Shown here: positions 20,898 to 30,332 of the stretch, one piece after another | Numbering within the stretch: position 1 is the stretch's first letter | How the letters are laid out: each line of letters opens with the position of its first letter | NCBI RefSeq assembly: GCF_028368995.1 | Contig: NZ_JAQNDL010000001.1 | Location: 2,112,001-2,176,000, forward strand | Length of the DNA stretch: 64,000 bases | Direction of reading: 5' to 3' | Source of the DNA: Nannocystis bainbridge | GTDB lineage: Bacteria > Myxococcota_A > Polyangia > Nannocystales > Nannocystaceae | Made by a program: the position numbers and the translations under genes | Notes under the pieces: model-generated | The model's input: only the letters and a program-made list of their open reading frames with translations | Database searches by the model: none | Told to the model about the DNA's origin: nothing

Positions 20898-21473
20898 TCA
20901 GCGCGCCTTGCCCAGCACAGCCGCCATCTGCGCGTCGTCGGCGTAGAACTCCGCCACGCCGCTGCAGTCCGCGATCGACTCGGCCAGCGCGCCGGGGTTG
21001 TGGACCCCGTGGGCCAGCAGGTGGGCCAGCCGACCCTCGACCTGCGCGCGCGAGCGCGGCGTCACCAGCTCGAGCAGCCCCTCGGCCAGCAGGGCGGCCA
21101 CGATCGCGGTCGCCCGCCGATCGGCCGCGTCGTCCGGCGCCGCCGTGTCGCCCCCCTCGTCCTCCTCCTCGAGCCCGAGCACGGCAGCCACGTGCATCAG
21201 GACGCCCTCCGCCGTCGCCTGCGGATCGTCGTCGTCCTCGTCCTCCTCGTCCTCCTCGGCCTCGTCCTCGGCATCCTCGGCCTCGAGCGGCGGGGGCGGC
21301 TCGGCGAAGCACTGCACCCCGGTCGCCGAGATCACGACCACCAGCCCCGCCGGCGCGACGAAGCGGAGCTCCTGCTCGCCGCGACCGCCGACCACCGAGC
21401 ACACCGGGAACGCCTCCGTCACCGCCTCGGCCAGCGCGATCGGGTTGACCTGCGTGTCCTTCGGGAACGCCAT
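20898..21473 (-). CDS. Hypothetical acidic protein
   Basis: Start near MAFPKDTQVN; poly-D/E linker; typical codon usage. Confidence 0.65.
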   Translation of the reverse strand: MAFPKDTQVNPIALAEAVTEAFPVCSVVGGRGEQELRFVAPAGLVVVISATGVQCFAEPPPPLEAEDAEDEAEEDEEDEDDDDPQATAEGVLMHVAAVLGLEEEDEGGDTAAPDDAADRRATAIVAALLAEGLLELVTPRSRAQVEGRLAHLLAHGVHNPGALAESIADCSGVAEFYADDAQMAAVLGKAR

Positions 21474-21871
21474 CGACTCGAGCAAGCGTCGCGTCATGGG
21501 CCGCAGCATACCGCGTCCAGCCGCGCAGCGCCCGATCTGTCCTCCGGGACAGCCCCATCGAACCAGCGGCCGCGGCCGGACCGCAGCACCTCGCGCCGAT
21601 CGACGCGCAGGCGCCGGCGCACGATCCCCCGGCCAAGGGATGGCAGATCCGCCGATCCTTGCGCGCGACCGCCAGCCGCACGGACCCCAGGACCCCCCTC
21701 CGACCTCGCTCGCACCGGAGCGCGAGCCAGCGCGACCCCAGCCACGGCATCCGCACGTCACGCGCCCGCGCGCCAGCGACAGGGTCCATGACCCCCGGTG
21801 AGCGCCAGCGAGCGGCCTCCGCGCGCGCGCTTCATCGCCGGCTGCGATCCGTGGCATCCTCGGCCTGACGC

Positions 21872-22666
21872 ATGCTCGAGGCCCTGGCCATCGACCCGCT
21901 GAGCGCCTCGACCTCGCTGCTCGGCCGCCTGTTCCCGGTGGTCTATCTCGGCGGCCTGGTCGCGCTCGGACTCCTGATCTCGTTCGTGCTGCGCAAGCTC
22001 TCGGCCGTCGAGACCTTCCGCCAGGTGCACCCGTGGATCCCGCTGCTCCACCTCGCGGTGTGGGTGCCGCTGGTGTGGCTGCTGCAGCACCGCTTCGTGC
22101 CCGCGGCCAGCACCGCCGACTGGTGGTCGCGCGGCCTGTGGCTGCTGCTGTTCGCCGCCGCCGGGCTGCCGTGGTTGCGCAGCGTGTTCCTCGGGGTCGT
22201 GTTCGCCGTCGAGGCTCGCTACAAGATCGGCGACGACCTCCGCGTCGGCGACATCGAGGGTCGGCTCGTCGGCGTCGGCCTGCGCGCGATCACCCTGCGT
22301 GGCCTCGCCGGCGTCGACGCCACCATCCCCTACGAGCGCCTGCTCCGCGAGCCCGTCGTGCGCCTCAACCTCGGCGAGCACGACACCCCCTGCGACCTCA
22401 TCCTCGACGTGCCCGCCGGCATCGTCCCCGCGCGCGCCGCCGAGCTCGCCCGCCAGGCCGCGGCGCTCAGCCGCTACGCCTCGCCGCGCCGCCCCCCCGA
22501 GGTCTTCCTCGCCCCGCGCCAGGGCAGCGCCCTCGACCTGCAGCTGCGCGTGCGCGGCTACCTCTACGACCGCGAGCACGACGACCGCTTCCGCAGCGAC
22601 CTCGTCGAGCGCATCCACGCCGCCTTCACCGCCGAGCTCGAAGCGCTGGCCCGCCGCTCGCCGTGA
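21872..22666 (+). CDS. Small-conductance mechanosensitive channel (MscS)-like protein
   Basis: Three hydrophobic helices then YKIGDDLRVGDIEGRLVGVGLRAITL (MscS beta domain). Confidence 0.75.
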   Translation: MLEALAIDPLSASTSLLGRLFPVVYLGGLVALGLLISFVLRKLSAVETFRQVHPWIPLLHLAVWVPLVWLLQHRFVPAASTADWWSRGLWLLLFAAAGLPWLRSVFLGVVFAVEARYKIGDDLRVGDIEGRLVGVGLRAITLRGLAGVDATIPYERLLREPVVRLNLGEHDTPCDLILDVPAGIVPARAAELARQAAALSRYASPRRPPEVFLAPRQGSALDLQLRVRGYLYDREHDDRFRSDLVERIHAAFTAELEALARRSP

Positions 22667-22828
22667 CGTCCGCCTCGACCAGCGCACCCCGCGAGCGCCC
22701 CTTCGTCGCCGGGCTGGACCCGCTCGCCGTGACGCCGCTCGCCGCGAGGCCACCCCGCGAGCGCCTGCGAATCACCGCCTCGCGCATCCTCGTCCCCCCG
22801 CGCCGGTGAGCGCGCGTCTTCGGCTCGC

Positions 22829-23536
22829 ATGCGAATCGCCGCGCTCAGCGACTTCCACATCGGCGCGCGCGCCGGCATGGACGAGTTTCGCCACGACGAG
22901 GCCGCCTTCCTCGAGAGGCTCGCCCGCGTCGTCGGCGAGCACGACCGCGTCGTCCTCGTCGGCGACATCTGGCAGACCGACCACGACCTGTTCCCCGGCC
23001 CGCGCGCCGCGGCCCGCCAGCTCCACCTCGCGCGCCGCCGGCTGCCACGGCTGACCCGCGCCCTCGACCGCCTCGACTACGTCCACGGCAACCACGACTT
23101 CATCGCCCGCGACGAGCTCGGCGCCGCCGCCGAGCTGCAGATCGACGCTGACGGGTGCCGGGTCCTGTTTCGCCACGGTCACCAGCACGACCCCGTGTTC
23201 GCCCGCGCCTACCGGGCCGCCCGCGCCGCCACGTGGTTCACCGGCCGCCTGCGCCGCGCCGGCCTCGGCCCGCTCGCCCACTACTTCGAGCAGCAGGACG
23301 TCGCCATCAAGCACCGCCGCTTCGGCCACGCCGCCGGCCCCTACGCCGCCGCCGCCCGGGCCCTCATGCGCGAGCGCGGCGCCGATCTCGTGGTCATGGG
23401 CCACACCCACGTCGCCCACGTCCATTACCTGTCCGAAGGGACAGTCGTCAACACCGGCACCTGCTCGGCCGGCCGCTTCACCGTCGTCACCATCGACACC
23501 GCCGCCCGCGCCGCCAGCATCACCCACGATCGGTGA
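22829..23536 (+). CDS. Metallophosphoesterase (LpxH / UDP-2,3-diacylglucosamine hydrolase-like)
   Basis: SDFH, VGD, GNHD, HGH, MGHTH, NTG motifs. Confidence 0.8.
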   Translation: MRIAALSDFHIGARAGMDEFRHDEAAFLERLARVVGEHDRVVLVGDIWQTDHDLFPGPRAAARQLHLARRRLPRLTRALDRLDYVHGNHDFIARDELGAAAELQIDADGCRVLFRHGHQHDPVFARAYRAARAATWFTGRLRRAGLGPLAHYFEQQDVAIKHRRFGHAAGPYAAAARALMRERGADLVVMGHTHVAHVHYLSEGTVVNTGTCSAGRFTVVTIDTAARAASITHDR

Positions 23537-23562
23537 CCTGTCCCCGGGGACATCCTCTCCTG
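23535..23562. repeat. 14-bp motif pair
   Basis: Contains the perfect palindrome TGTCCCCGGGGACA. Confidence 0.65.
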
Positions 23563-23570
23563 CGCCGCGC

Positions 23571-24323
23571 ATGCAGCTGCCCCGCGTCACCTCCGCCTCC
23601 GTCTGGCCGCCCGTGCTCGTCACCGCCGGTCCAGGCGCGCGCAGCGAGGCGCACGCGCACCACGCCATGCACCTCGTGCTCGCGCGCGGCGGCACCCTCG
23701 CCATCACCGTCGGCGACACCACCGTGCGGGCCGCAGGCATCGTCACCGCGCCCGACCACGAGCACGCCCTCGACGCGCGCGGCGTCGACATCGTCCTCGT
23801 CTTCTTCGACCCCGAGAGCGACGCCGGCGAGCGCCTGCGCGCCGGCCTCGACGCGCCGGTCCGCACCCTCGACGCCGGCGAGCGCGACGGTCTGCTCGCC
23901 GATCTGCCCGGCGACGCCGACCCCGAGCCGCTCCACGCCTGGGGTCACGCCGCCGCCGAGCGCCTGTCCCGAGAGACAGCCACGCCGCGCGCCCTCCACC
24001 CGCGCGTGCGCAAGCTGCTCCGCGCCCTGCGCAGCGCCGCCCCCGAAGCCGACACGTCCTTGCCGGCCCTCGCCGCCCTCGCCGGTCTGTCCGAGAGCCG
24101 GCTCGTGCACGCCTTCCGCGACTCGGTCGGCATCCCCCTGCGTCCGTACCTCCTGTGGCAGAAGCTGCAGCGCGCCGTGGTCGCCATGGCTTGCGGCGAA
24201 CCGCTGGCCCGCGCCGCTCACTCGGCCGGCTTCGCCGACGCCGCCCACATGAGCCGCACCTTCCGCCGCATGTTCGGCATGACCGCCTCGGAGCTGCAGC
24301 GCAGCCTCCCGCGCCCCGCGTAG
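23571..24323 (+). CDS. AraC-family transcriptional regulator
   Basis: HAHHA cupin-like N-terminus; LSESRLVHAF...GF.DAAHMSRTFRRMFG HTH. Confidence 0.9.
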   Translation: MQLPRVTSASVWPPVLVTAGPGARSEAHAHHAMHLVLARGGTLAITVGDTTVRAAGIVTAPDHEHALDARGVDIVLVFFDPESDAGERLRAGLDAPVRTLDAGERDGLLADLPGDADPEPLHAWGHAAAERLSRETATPRALHPRVRKLLRALRSAAPEADTSLPALAALAGLSESRLVHAFRDSVGIPLRPYLLWQKLQRAVVAMACGEPLARAAHSAGFADAAHMSRTFRRMFGMTASELQRSLPRPA

Positions 24324-24421
24324 CCCCGCGCGCAGCAGCCGTCGCGCGCCACGAGCACCCCTTGCCGATCGTAGCCAGTCCGTTCAAGCCGCCCGCCCGG
24401 CGCCCGCGCTACACCCTCCGC

Positions 24422-24769
24422 ATGCGCCCCGACCTCCTCGCCTGGCAGTTCGAGCACTACCCGCTGAACCACGCCGACCGCGCCAACCTCGCGCTGCACG
24501 CCGTGTCCGTCCCGCTGGTCCTGCTGGGCCTGCCCACCTTCGCGCTCGCCCTCGCCAGCGGCCGCTTCGCCCTCGCGGGCGCCGGCCTCGGCCTAGCGAT
24601 CCTCGCCGTCGCCGCCCAGGGCCGCGGGCACCGCCGCGAAGCCCACGCCCCGGCCCCGTTCCTCTCGCGCGGCGACATGCTGGCCCGCCTGATGGCCGAG
24701 CAGTTCGTCACCTTCCCGCGCTTCGTCCTGTCCGGCGGCTTCGCCCGCGCCTGGCGCTCCGCCGCCTGA
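24422..24769 (+). CDS. DUF962/Mpo1-like membrane protein
   Basis: Y...H..R.N..LH...VP, Q..GH..E motifs; two TM helices. Confidence 0.75.
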   Translation: MRPDLLAWQFEHYPLNHADRANLALHAVSVPLVLLGLPTFALALASGRFALAGAGLGLAILAVAAQGRGHRREAHAPAPFLSRGDMLARLMAEQFVTFPRFVLSGGFARAWRSAA

Positions 24770-24774
24770 GCAGC

Positions 24775-24858
24775 GGCATGCATCTCGGGACATGCCCGAT
24801 CGGCCATGCCCGAATGCACATGGCCGATCGAACCTGCCCGATCGGCCATATCCTGGAC
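24775..24858. repeat. 14-bp-period motif array (6 units) between convergent genes
   Basis: ggcatgcatctcgg|gacatgcccgatcg|gccatgcccgaatg|cacatggccgatcg|aacctgcccgatcg|gccatatcctggac. Confidence 0.85.
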
Positions 24859-24861
24859 GCC

Positions 24862-25281
24862 TCAACCGGAGCGCGCGAGCCCTTGCATCTCGGGGTACTT
24901 CGCCGCGACCTCCTGGACATCCGGCGGGAAGTCGGCCAGCTCCTGCACGCGGCGGACCTCGATCACCTCGTTGTCGCCGGCCGGGCAGCGCGACGCCCAC
25001 GCGATCGCCTCCTCGCGCGACGCCACGTCGATCATCCAGTAGCCGCCGAGCACCTCCTTGGCCTCGGCGAACGGCCCGTCGGTCACCTTCGGCTTGCCGC
25101 CGGAGAACGACACCCGCGCCCCCGTCGACGGCGGGTGCAGCCCGTCGAGCGCCAGCAGCACCCCGGCCCGCTGCAGCGACTCGTTGTAGGCCATCATCGA
25201 GGCGACGGCCTCGGCGCTCGGCGCCTCGTCGGGCGCGGCGGCCTCGTAACCCCTGGGGATCATCAGCATCATGAATCGCAT
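24862..25281 (-). CDS. YciI / DGPF-domain protein
   Basis: VTDGPFAEAKEVLGGYW motif. Confidence 0.9.
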   Translation of the reverse strand: MRFMMLMIPRGYEAAAPDEAPSAEAVASMMAYNESLQRAGVLLALDGLHPPSTGARVSFSGGKPKVTDGPFAEAKEVLGGYWMIDVASREEAIAWASRCPAGDNEVIEVRRVQELADFPPDVQEVAAKYPEMQGLARSG

Positions 25282-25411
25282 CGTCGTGGTCCTCTCCGTC
25301 GTCGTGGTGGGTCGGGCTCCCGGTCCGGTCCGGCCCGCACACCCCCACGTCGAACGGCCCCCGCCGCGATCGACACACCGCTAAAAAATTGTTCGCCCGG
25401 GCGCGGCGGCC

Positions 25412-26143
25412 TCACCCGTCGCGCGACGACACCTGCTCGACGCGGTCCTCTTCCTGGCACCACGCCGTCAGCGGCCCGCCGTACACGCAGCCCGAGTCGA
25501 GGCCCATCGATTTCGGCCCGCGGTAGTGGCCGCGCCACGCCCAGTGGCCGTGGATCACCATCGGCTCGCCGCGGTAGAACTCGTCCCACGGGCGATACGG
25601 CGGCGGGCAGTCCTCGGCCTTGCGATCGAACTTGCTGCGCTCGCCGGAAGCGGTGCAGCAGCGCACCCGCGTCATGAACGACAGCTCCGGCGACTCCAGC
25701 CACGCGTCGTCGTGCGCGGCTCCGTTGACCCGCGCCGCGACCGCGTGCAGGTCGGTCCAGCGCGGATGAAAGCCGGCGTGCACCGCCCACACGTCCGGCC
25801 CCTTCGAGCCCGGCGCGGCGGGCAAGAACTGCAGGCCCGGCATCGCGCGCAGGCGGGCGAGCAGCGCGGGCCCCTCGGGCGCGGCGAGCAGCGGCCCGAG
25901 CGTGTCGTGCTTGCGCGGCCATCGCCCGGCCGCGACCAGCAGCGCGTAGACGTCGTGGTTGCCGACCACGCCGCGCCCGCCGACGTCGCGCCACAAGCGG
26001 ACGGCCGCGAGCGAGTCCGGGCCGCGGTTGACAAGGTCGCCGAGGCACCACAACTCGTCGGCCTGCGGGTCGAAGCGGATCTTCCGCAACAGGTCCTCGA
26101 ACTCCCGGGCGCAACCTTGAAGGTCGCCGATGAACCACCGCAT
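25412..26143 (-). CDS. apaH: Symmetrical bis(5'-nucleosyl)-tetraphosphatase (ApaH-like)
   Basis: IGDLQGC, LGDLVNRGPDS, GNHD, VHAG, GHWA, LDSGCVYGG. Confidence 0.85.
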   Translation of the reverse strand: MRWFIGDLQGCAREFEDLLRKIRFDPQADELWCLGDLVNRGPDSLAAVRLWRDVGGRGVVGNHDVYALLVAAGRWPRKHDTLGPLLAAPEGPALLARLRAMPGLQFLPAAPGSKGPDVWAVHAGFHPRWTDLHAVAARVNGAAHDDAWLESPELSFMTRVRCCTASGERSKFDRKAEDCPPPYRPWDEFYRGEPMVIHGHWAWRGHYRGPKSMGLDSGCVYGGPLTAWCQEEDRVEQVSSRDG

Positions 26144-26250
26144 CGTCCTGGATTGTAGCCGCCTTCCCCCATGTCGGGCGCGCGCGGGCACAAGACCTTG
26201 CCGACAAACGAGCTCGGCTGTATAGGCGAACGCGGGAGGCTATTACCCGT

Positions 26251-27378
26251 ATGCGAACCGTTTGTTCGAGCCACGCCGGCCGCGTCTGCGTCCTCGCCGC
26301 GCTCACCCTCACCGTCGCGGCTTGCGGCGACGACGCCAGCACCACAGGGGCCACCGGCACGCCGACCACCGCCCCGACCACGCTGCCGCCGCTCACCACC
26401 ACCGACGACTCCGCCGGCACCACCGATCCAGGCACCGGCAGCGGCACCGACACGGGCGCCTCCGCCACCTCGACCGGCAACCTCCCCACCACCACCGGCG
26501 GCAGCGACACCGGCGGGATCAAGCTCGACCTCGGCCAGCCCGATTTCCCGAACGACCCGACAGGCGACACCGACGCCGCCAAGGGCTGCACCGCCGTCGA
26601 CCTCCTGTTCGTGATCGACAACTCCGCGTCGATGGGCCAGCACCAGGAGGACCTGAGCGCGGTCTTCCCCGACTTCGTCGACGCCATCATCGACGCCCTC
26701 CCGCCCGGCACCGACCTGCACGTCGGCCTGACGACGACTTCGTTCTACGACGGCGGCTGCTCGGAGAGCACGGTCAACTGCGTCAGCCAGTCGAGCGAGC
26801 AGGAGATCCTCCAGCACTACGTCGCGCCGCCCGCGAGCACCAACGAGAACGGCGGCCAGGGTCGCCTGTTCGAGTGGCAAGGTCAGCACTACTTCTCGCT
26901 CGACACCGACGAGGACCCATCCGCGCTCAAGTCGTGGTTCACCGCCGCAGCGACCGCCGCCGGCGAGACCGGCTGCTCGTTCGAGATGCCGGCCGCCGCC
27001 GCCGGCTGGGCCGCCGACCCCGCGACAGCCCCGACCAACGACGGCTTCATCCGCGACGCCGGCGCAGTGCTGGTCGTCTTCGTGCTCACCGACGAGCCCG
27101 ACAAGTCGCCCGAGCCCGTCAGCCAGTGGGTCGACAAGTTGGTCGCCGCCAAACAAGCGTGCGGCGGCCTCGACTGCATCCTCGCCTCGGGCCTGGTCCC
27201 CGGCTTCTGCTACGACAACCCCGGCGACTCGACCCTCAAGACCTTCCTCCAGTCGTTCTCGGCCCCGCCCTTCACCGGCGACATCGACGGCAACCCCAGC
27301 GACTACGCGATGGTGGTCGGCGACGCCCTCGCGGGGGTGATCCAGGAGAAGTGCGAAGAGATCGAGCCGCCGGCCTGA
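26251..27378 (+). CDS. Lipoprotein with Thr linker and vWA-like (MIDAS DxSxS) domain
   Basis: VAACGDD lipobox; VDLLFVIDNSASM; VLVVFVLTDE. Confidence 0.75.
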   Translation: MRTVCSSHAGRVCVLAALTLTVAACGDDASTTGATGTPTTAPTTLPPLTTTDDSAGTTDPGTGSGTDTGASATSTGNLPTTTGGSDTGGIKLDLGQPDFPNDPTGDTDAAKGCTAVDLLFVIDNSASMGQHQEDLSAVFPDFVDAIIDALPPGTDLHVGLTTTSFYDGGCSESTVNCVSQSSEQEILQHYVAPPASTNENGGQGRLFEWQGQHYFSLDTDEDPSALKSWFTAAATAAGETGCSFEMPAAAAGWAADPATAPTNDGFIRDAGAVLVVFVLTDEPDKSPEPVSQWVDKLVAAKQACGGLDCILASGLVPGFCYDNPGDSTLKTFLQSFSAPPFTGDIDGNPSDYAMVVGDALAGVIQEKCEEIEPPA

Positions 27379-27435
27379 TCTTCACTTCACCCGGGACAAA
27401 CCGCGGCGGGTCGCATCGGCACCAGGGGGCGGAGT

Positions 27436-28005
27436 TCAGCCCGACGCCCGCAGCGCTGCCAGCGTGAGCTGCACCCGTCGCCGCAATGCCGCCTGGGACG
27501 GCAGCGTGTGCGCGTCGCTGAGCGCTGCGATACAGAAGGCGGCCAGCTCGGGCGGCGCGACGTCCTCACGCACCAGTCGTGGCTCGATCGCGTCCTCCAG
27601 CAGCGCTTGCAGGAGCTGGTGGAGCCGCTGAAACCCGCGCGCCACCGACTCGCTGTGCCGCATCCGGGCGACCAGCTCCGAGCCGTGCTCGGCGTGGGCC
27701 AGCCGCGCGTAGGTCTCCAGCACGCGCTCCAGACGCTGCCACGGCGTGCCCTGGCGGTCACGCGCGGCCTCCAGCGCGGCCAGATGACTCGCCACGTCGC
27801 GCTCGTGGAGCGCTACCAGCACCTCGTCGAGCTCGCGAAAGTACTTGTAGAGCGTCGCGCGACCGATGCCCGCGCGCTCGGCGATGGCCAGCATGGTCGT
27901 GGCGCCCAGCCCCTGCTCGCCGATCAGCGCGGCCGTCGCGTCGAGGATCGCCACCTGCATGTCGCGTCGGTGCAGCTCGATGGTGTCCGCCCAGATCTTC
28001 GGCAC
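27436..28005 (-). CDS. TetR-family transcriptional regulator
   Basis: AILDATAAL..EQG....TM.AIAERAGIGRATLYKYF; probable GTG start 28005. Confidence 0.9.
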   Translation of the reverse strand: MPKIWADTIELHRRDMQVAILDATAALIGEQGLGATTMLAIAERAGIGRATLYKYFRELDEVLVALHERDVASHLAALEAARDRQGTPWQRLERVLETYARLAHAEHGSELVARMRHSESVARGFQRLHQLLQALLEDAIEPRLVREDVAPPELAAFCIAALSDAHTLPSQAALRRRVQLTLAALRASG

Positions 28006-28046
28006 CGGCGCAGCATAGCGCGTCGCCGTCCGCGGCCGGATGTTTT

Positions 28047-28090
28047 TAGACATGATGAATTTGACAGTAGACATCGTGTCTTGATAAACG
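28047..28090. promoter_or_regulatory. Divergent tetR/ethD promoter with probable TetR operator
   Basis: TTGACA at 28061-28066; inverted repeat AGACA-TCG-TGTCT at 28069-28081 in the spacer; second TAGACAT half-site at 28047; AT-rich. Confidence 0.6.
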
Positions 28091-28095
28091 ATCGC

Positions 28096-28446
28096 ATGCT
28101 CACGATCCTGGCGTTCCTGGCCAAGCGGCCCGACCTCACGAACGAGGCGTTCGTCGACCATTACGAGAACCACCACGTGCCGCTCATCTGCCGGCTGGTG
28201 GGTTCGCCGCCGGTCTATCGTCGCAGCTACCTGCGGCACGACGACGCCCTGCTGCCCGGCGCGGCGATCGGCTTCGATGTGGTCACCGAGCAGAAATTCG
28301 CCGATCGTGGAGCACTGGACGCGTGGCTGGCGGCGGTGTCACGACCCGAGGTGGCCGCGCAGGTGCGCGCCGACGAGGAGAGCTTCCTCGACCACCGGCA
28401 CTACTTCGCCTACATCGTCGAGGAGCACGTCACGACGGGCGCATGA
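28096..28446 (+). CDS. EthD-family protein
   Basis: KRPDLT.EAF.DHYE..HVPL...FDVVTE..F...VRADEE.F pattern. Confidence 0.85.
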   Translation: MLTILAFLAKRPDLTNEAFVDHYENHHVPLICRLVGSPPVYRRSYLRHDDALLPGAAIGFDVVTEQKFADRGALDAWLAAVSRPEVAAQVRADEESFLDHRHYFAYIVEEHVTTGA

Positions 28447-28580
28447 GGGCGCGACTCGTGGCGACGACGACATCGCCCTCATCGCACGCACGCGCCCCGT
28501 CTGCGGGCGAATGCGCGCGACTTCACGACCGCGTCACGGGTTTGCAACGACTTCGGCTTCCGCACTACGCTCGAACACGT

Positions 28581-30245
28581 ATGAGCACGCTGCGCCCGCC
28601 TGGCCTCGGCCCGATCGTCGGCCACACGACCGACCGTTCCTGTCGCCTGTGGATGCAGGCCGCCACGCTCGACGACCCGCGCAAGATCGTCGCCGACGAA
28701 GATCGGCGCACCATCGGCGTGCTCGTCGTCCTGCAGAAGGACGATCACGTCATCCCCGCGCCCGTGCGGCCGGTGTTTTATTTTCGCCTCCAGCGCGAGT
28801 TCGATCGCACCGGCACCTTCGTGCTCGGCATCGAGGCCGGCCTCGGCGGCACCACCCCCGTCTTCGCGCTCGAGCCTGACACCACCTATCGCGTCCGGCT
28901 CGCCTCGCTCGCCCTCGACGACGCCGAGGACAACGAGCTGCGCGCCAGCGACGAAGAGCTCGCCGCCACCTTGCCGAACCCGCAGGTGTGGGCGGCCCAG
29001 GTCGAGCGCCTGCCGGACGTCGCCTGCGAGGCCGTGTTCCGCACCTGCAGCCCGCGCAGCGTCGCCGCCCCGGCCTTCTCCTTCATGCTCGGCTCGTGCC
29101 GGTATCCCGGCCTGATGTGGAAGGTCAAGGAGTCCGACCGGATCTTCGGCCCCATGTTCAGGGAGCTTGAGAAGGAGAAGCTCGGCGCGCGGCCCAGCCT
29201 CGTCGTCATGTGCGGCGACCAGATCTACGCCGACGCCTTCCACCGCGCCGTCCCGGTCGCGCTCGCCGACACCCACGCCGAGTTCACCGAGCGTTATCAG
29301 CAGGCGTTCGGCTCGTTCAACATGCGCCGGCTGCTGCGACATGTCCCGACGTACATGTGCCTCGACGACCACGAGATCGAGGACAACTGGTCGCAGGACC
29401 GCCTGGGCAAGCCCGGCAAGAAGATCCTTTTCAACCTCGCTATCGGCTCTTACATGAGCTATCAGTGGAGCCACTCGCCGCGCAATTACGGCAAGCGGCT
29501 CTACTACAGCTTCGTCAGCAGCGGCTACCCGTTCTTCTCGCTCGACTGCCGCACCCAGCGTTACATGGACGACGTCCCCGACACCGTCGAGGACAACCAC
29601 ATGCTCGGGCGGCCCTCGCTCGACCCTGACGAGCCGAGCCAGCTCGACGTCCTGTGCGAGTGGCTGCGCGACCAGCAGGCCGACCGCGGCAACGTCCCCA
29701 AGTTCATCGTCAGCGCCAGCGTGTTCGCGCCCAACCCGGTGTTTGCGATGAACGGCGCCAGCGTCCCCCACCTCGAGAAGAGCGACGCCTGGCCGGCCTT
29801 TCCCAACACCCGCAAGACCCTGCTGCAGAACATCGTCGACCACCGGATCCAGAACGTCGTGTTCCTGTCGGGCGACGTCCACAGCGCCTCGGTCGCCCAG
29901 CTCGATTTCCGCGGCGCCGGCAGCGAGGACCTGCGCGCCTACTCCCTGGTCTCCTCGGCCTTCTACTGGCCGTTCCCGTTCGCCGACGGCGACCCCGCCG
30001 AGTTCGTGCACGACTCCCGCGACCCGCGGACCCCCGACACGTTCGAGATCCGCCCCGGCGTGACGATGGACTACCGCGCCTGGAATTTCTGCAACGACGA
30101 CAACTACGCCCGGGTCACCGCCGACCGGGCCAGCCACTCGCTGACGATGGAGCTGATCGGCCGCGACGGCGCCCCGATCGCCAGCAAGGGCCCCTACAAA
30201 AAAACGGTCGACCTCACCAGCCGGCTCGAGCTCGCGCCCTGGTGA
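28581..30245 (+). CDS. PhoD-like alkaline phosphatase family protein
   Basis: LGPIVGHTT, GSC, CGDQIYAD, DDHEI.DNW, LDCR, FLSGDVH. Confidence 0.85.
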   Translation: MSTLRPPGLGPIVGHTTDRSCRLWMQAATLDDPRKIVADEDRRTIGVLVVLQKDDHVIPAPVRPVFYFRLQREFDRTGTFVLGIEAGLGGTTPVFALEPDTTYRVRLASLALDDAEDNELRASDEELAATLPNPQVWAAQVERLPDVACEAVFRTCSPRSVAAPAFSFMLGSCRYPGLMWKVKESDRIFGPMFRELEKEKLGARPSLVVMCGDQIYADAFHRAVPVALADTHAEFTERYQQAFGSFNMRRLLRHVPTYMCLDDHEIEDNWSQDRLGKPGKKILFNLAIGSYMSYQWSHSPRNYGKRLYYSFVSSGYPFFSLDCRTQRYMDDVPDTVEDNHMLGRPSLDPDEPSQLDVLCEWLRDQQADRGNVPKFIVSASVFAPNPVFAMNGASVPHLEKSDAWPAFPNTRKTLLQNIVDHRIQNVVFLSGDVHSASVAQLDFRGAGSEDLRAYSLVSSAFYWPFPFADGDPAEFVHDSRDPRTPDTFEIRPGVTMDYRAWNFCNDDNYARVTADRASHSLTMELIGRDGAPIASKGPYKKTVDLTSRLELAPW

Positions 30246-30254
30246 GCGCCGAAG

Positions 30255-30324
30255 GACATGTCCCCGCGGACATGTCCCTCGTCCCATGCTCTCGAGGACA
30301 TGCCGCCAGGGACATGTCCCCTCT
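30255..30324. repeat. 14-bp-period motif array (5 units) between convergent genes
   Basis: gacatgtccccgcg|gacatgtccctcgt|cccatgctctcgag|gacatgccgccagg|gacatgtcccctct. Confidence 0.88.
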
Positions 30325-30332
30325 TCAAAAAT

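Noticed and set aside
30254-30277. GGACATGTCC matches the p53 half-site consensus RRRCWWGYYY
   Set aside because: Coincidental; there is no p53-like factor in bacteria and no evidence of contamination.
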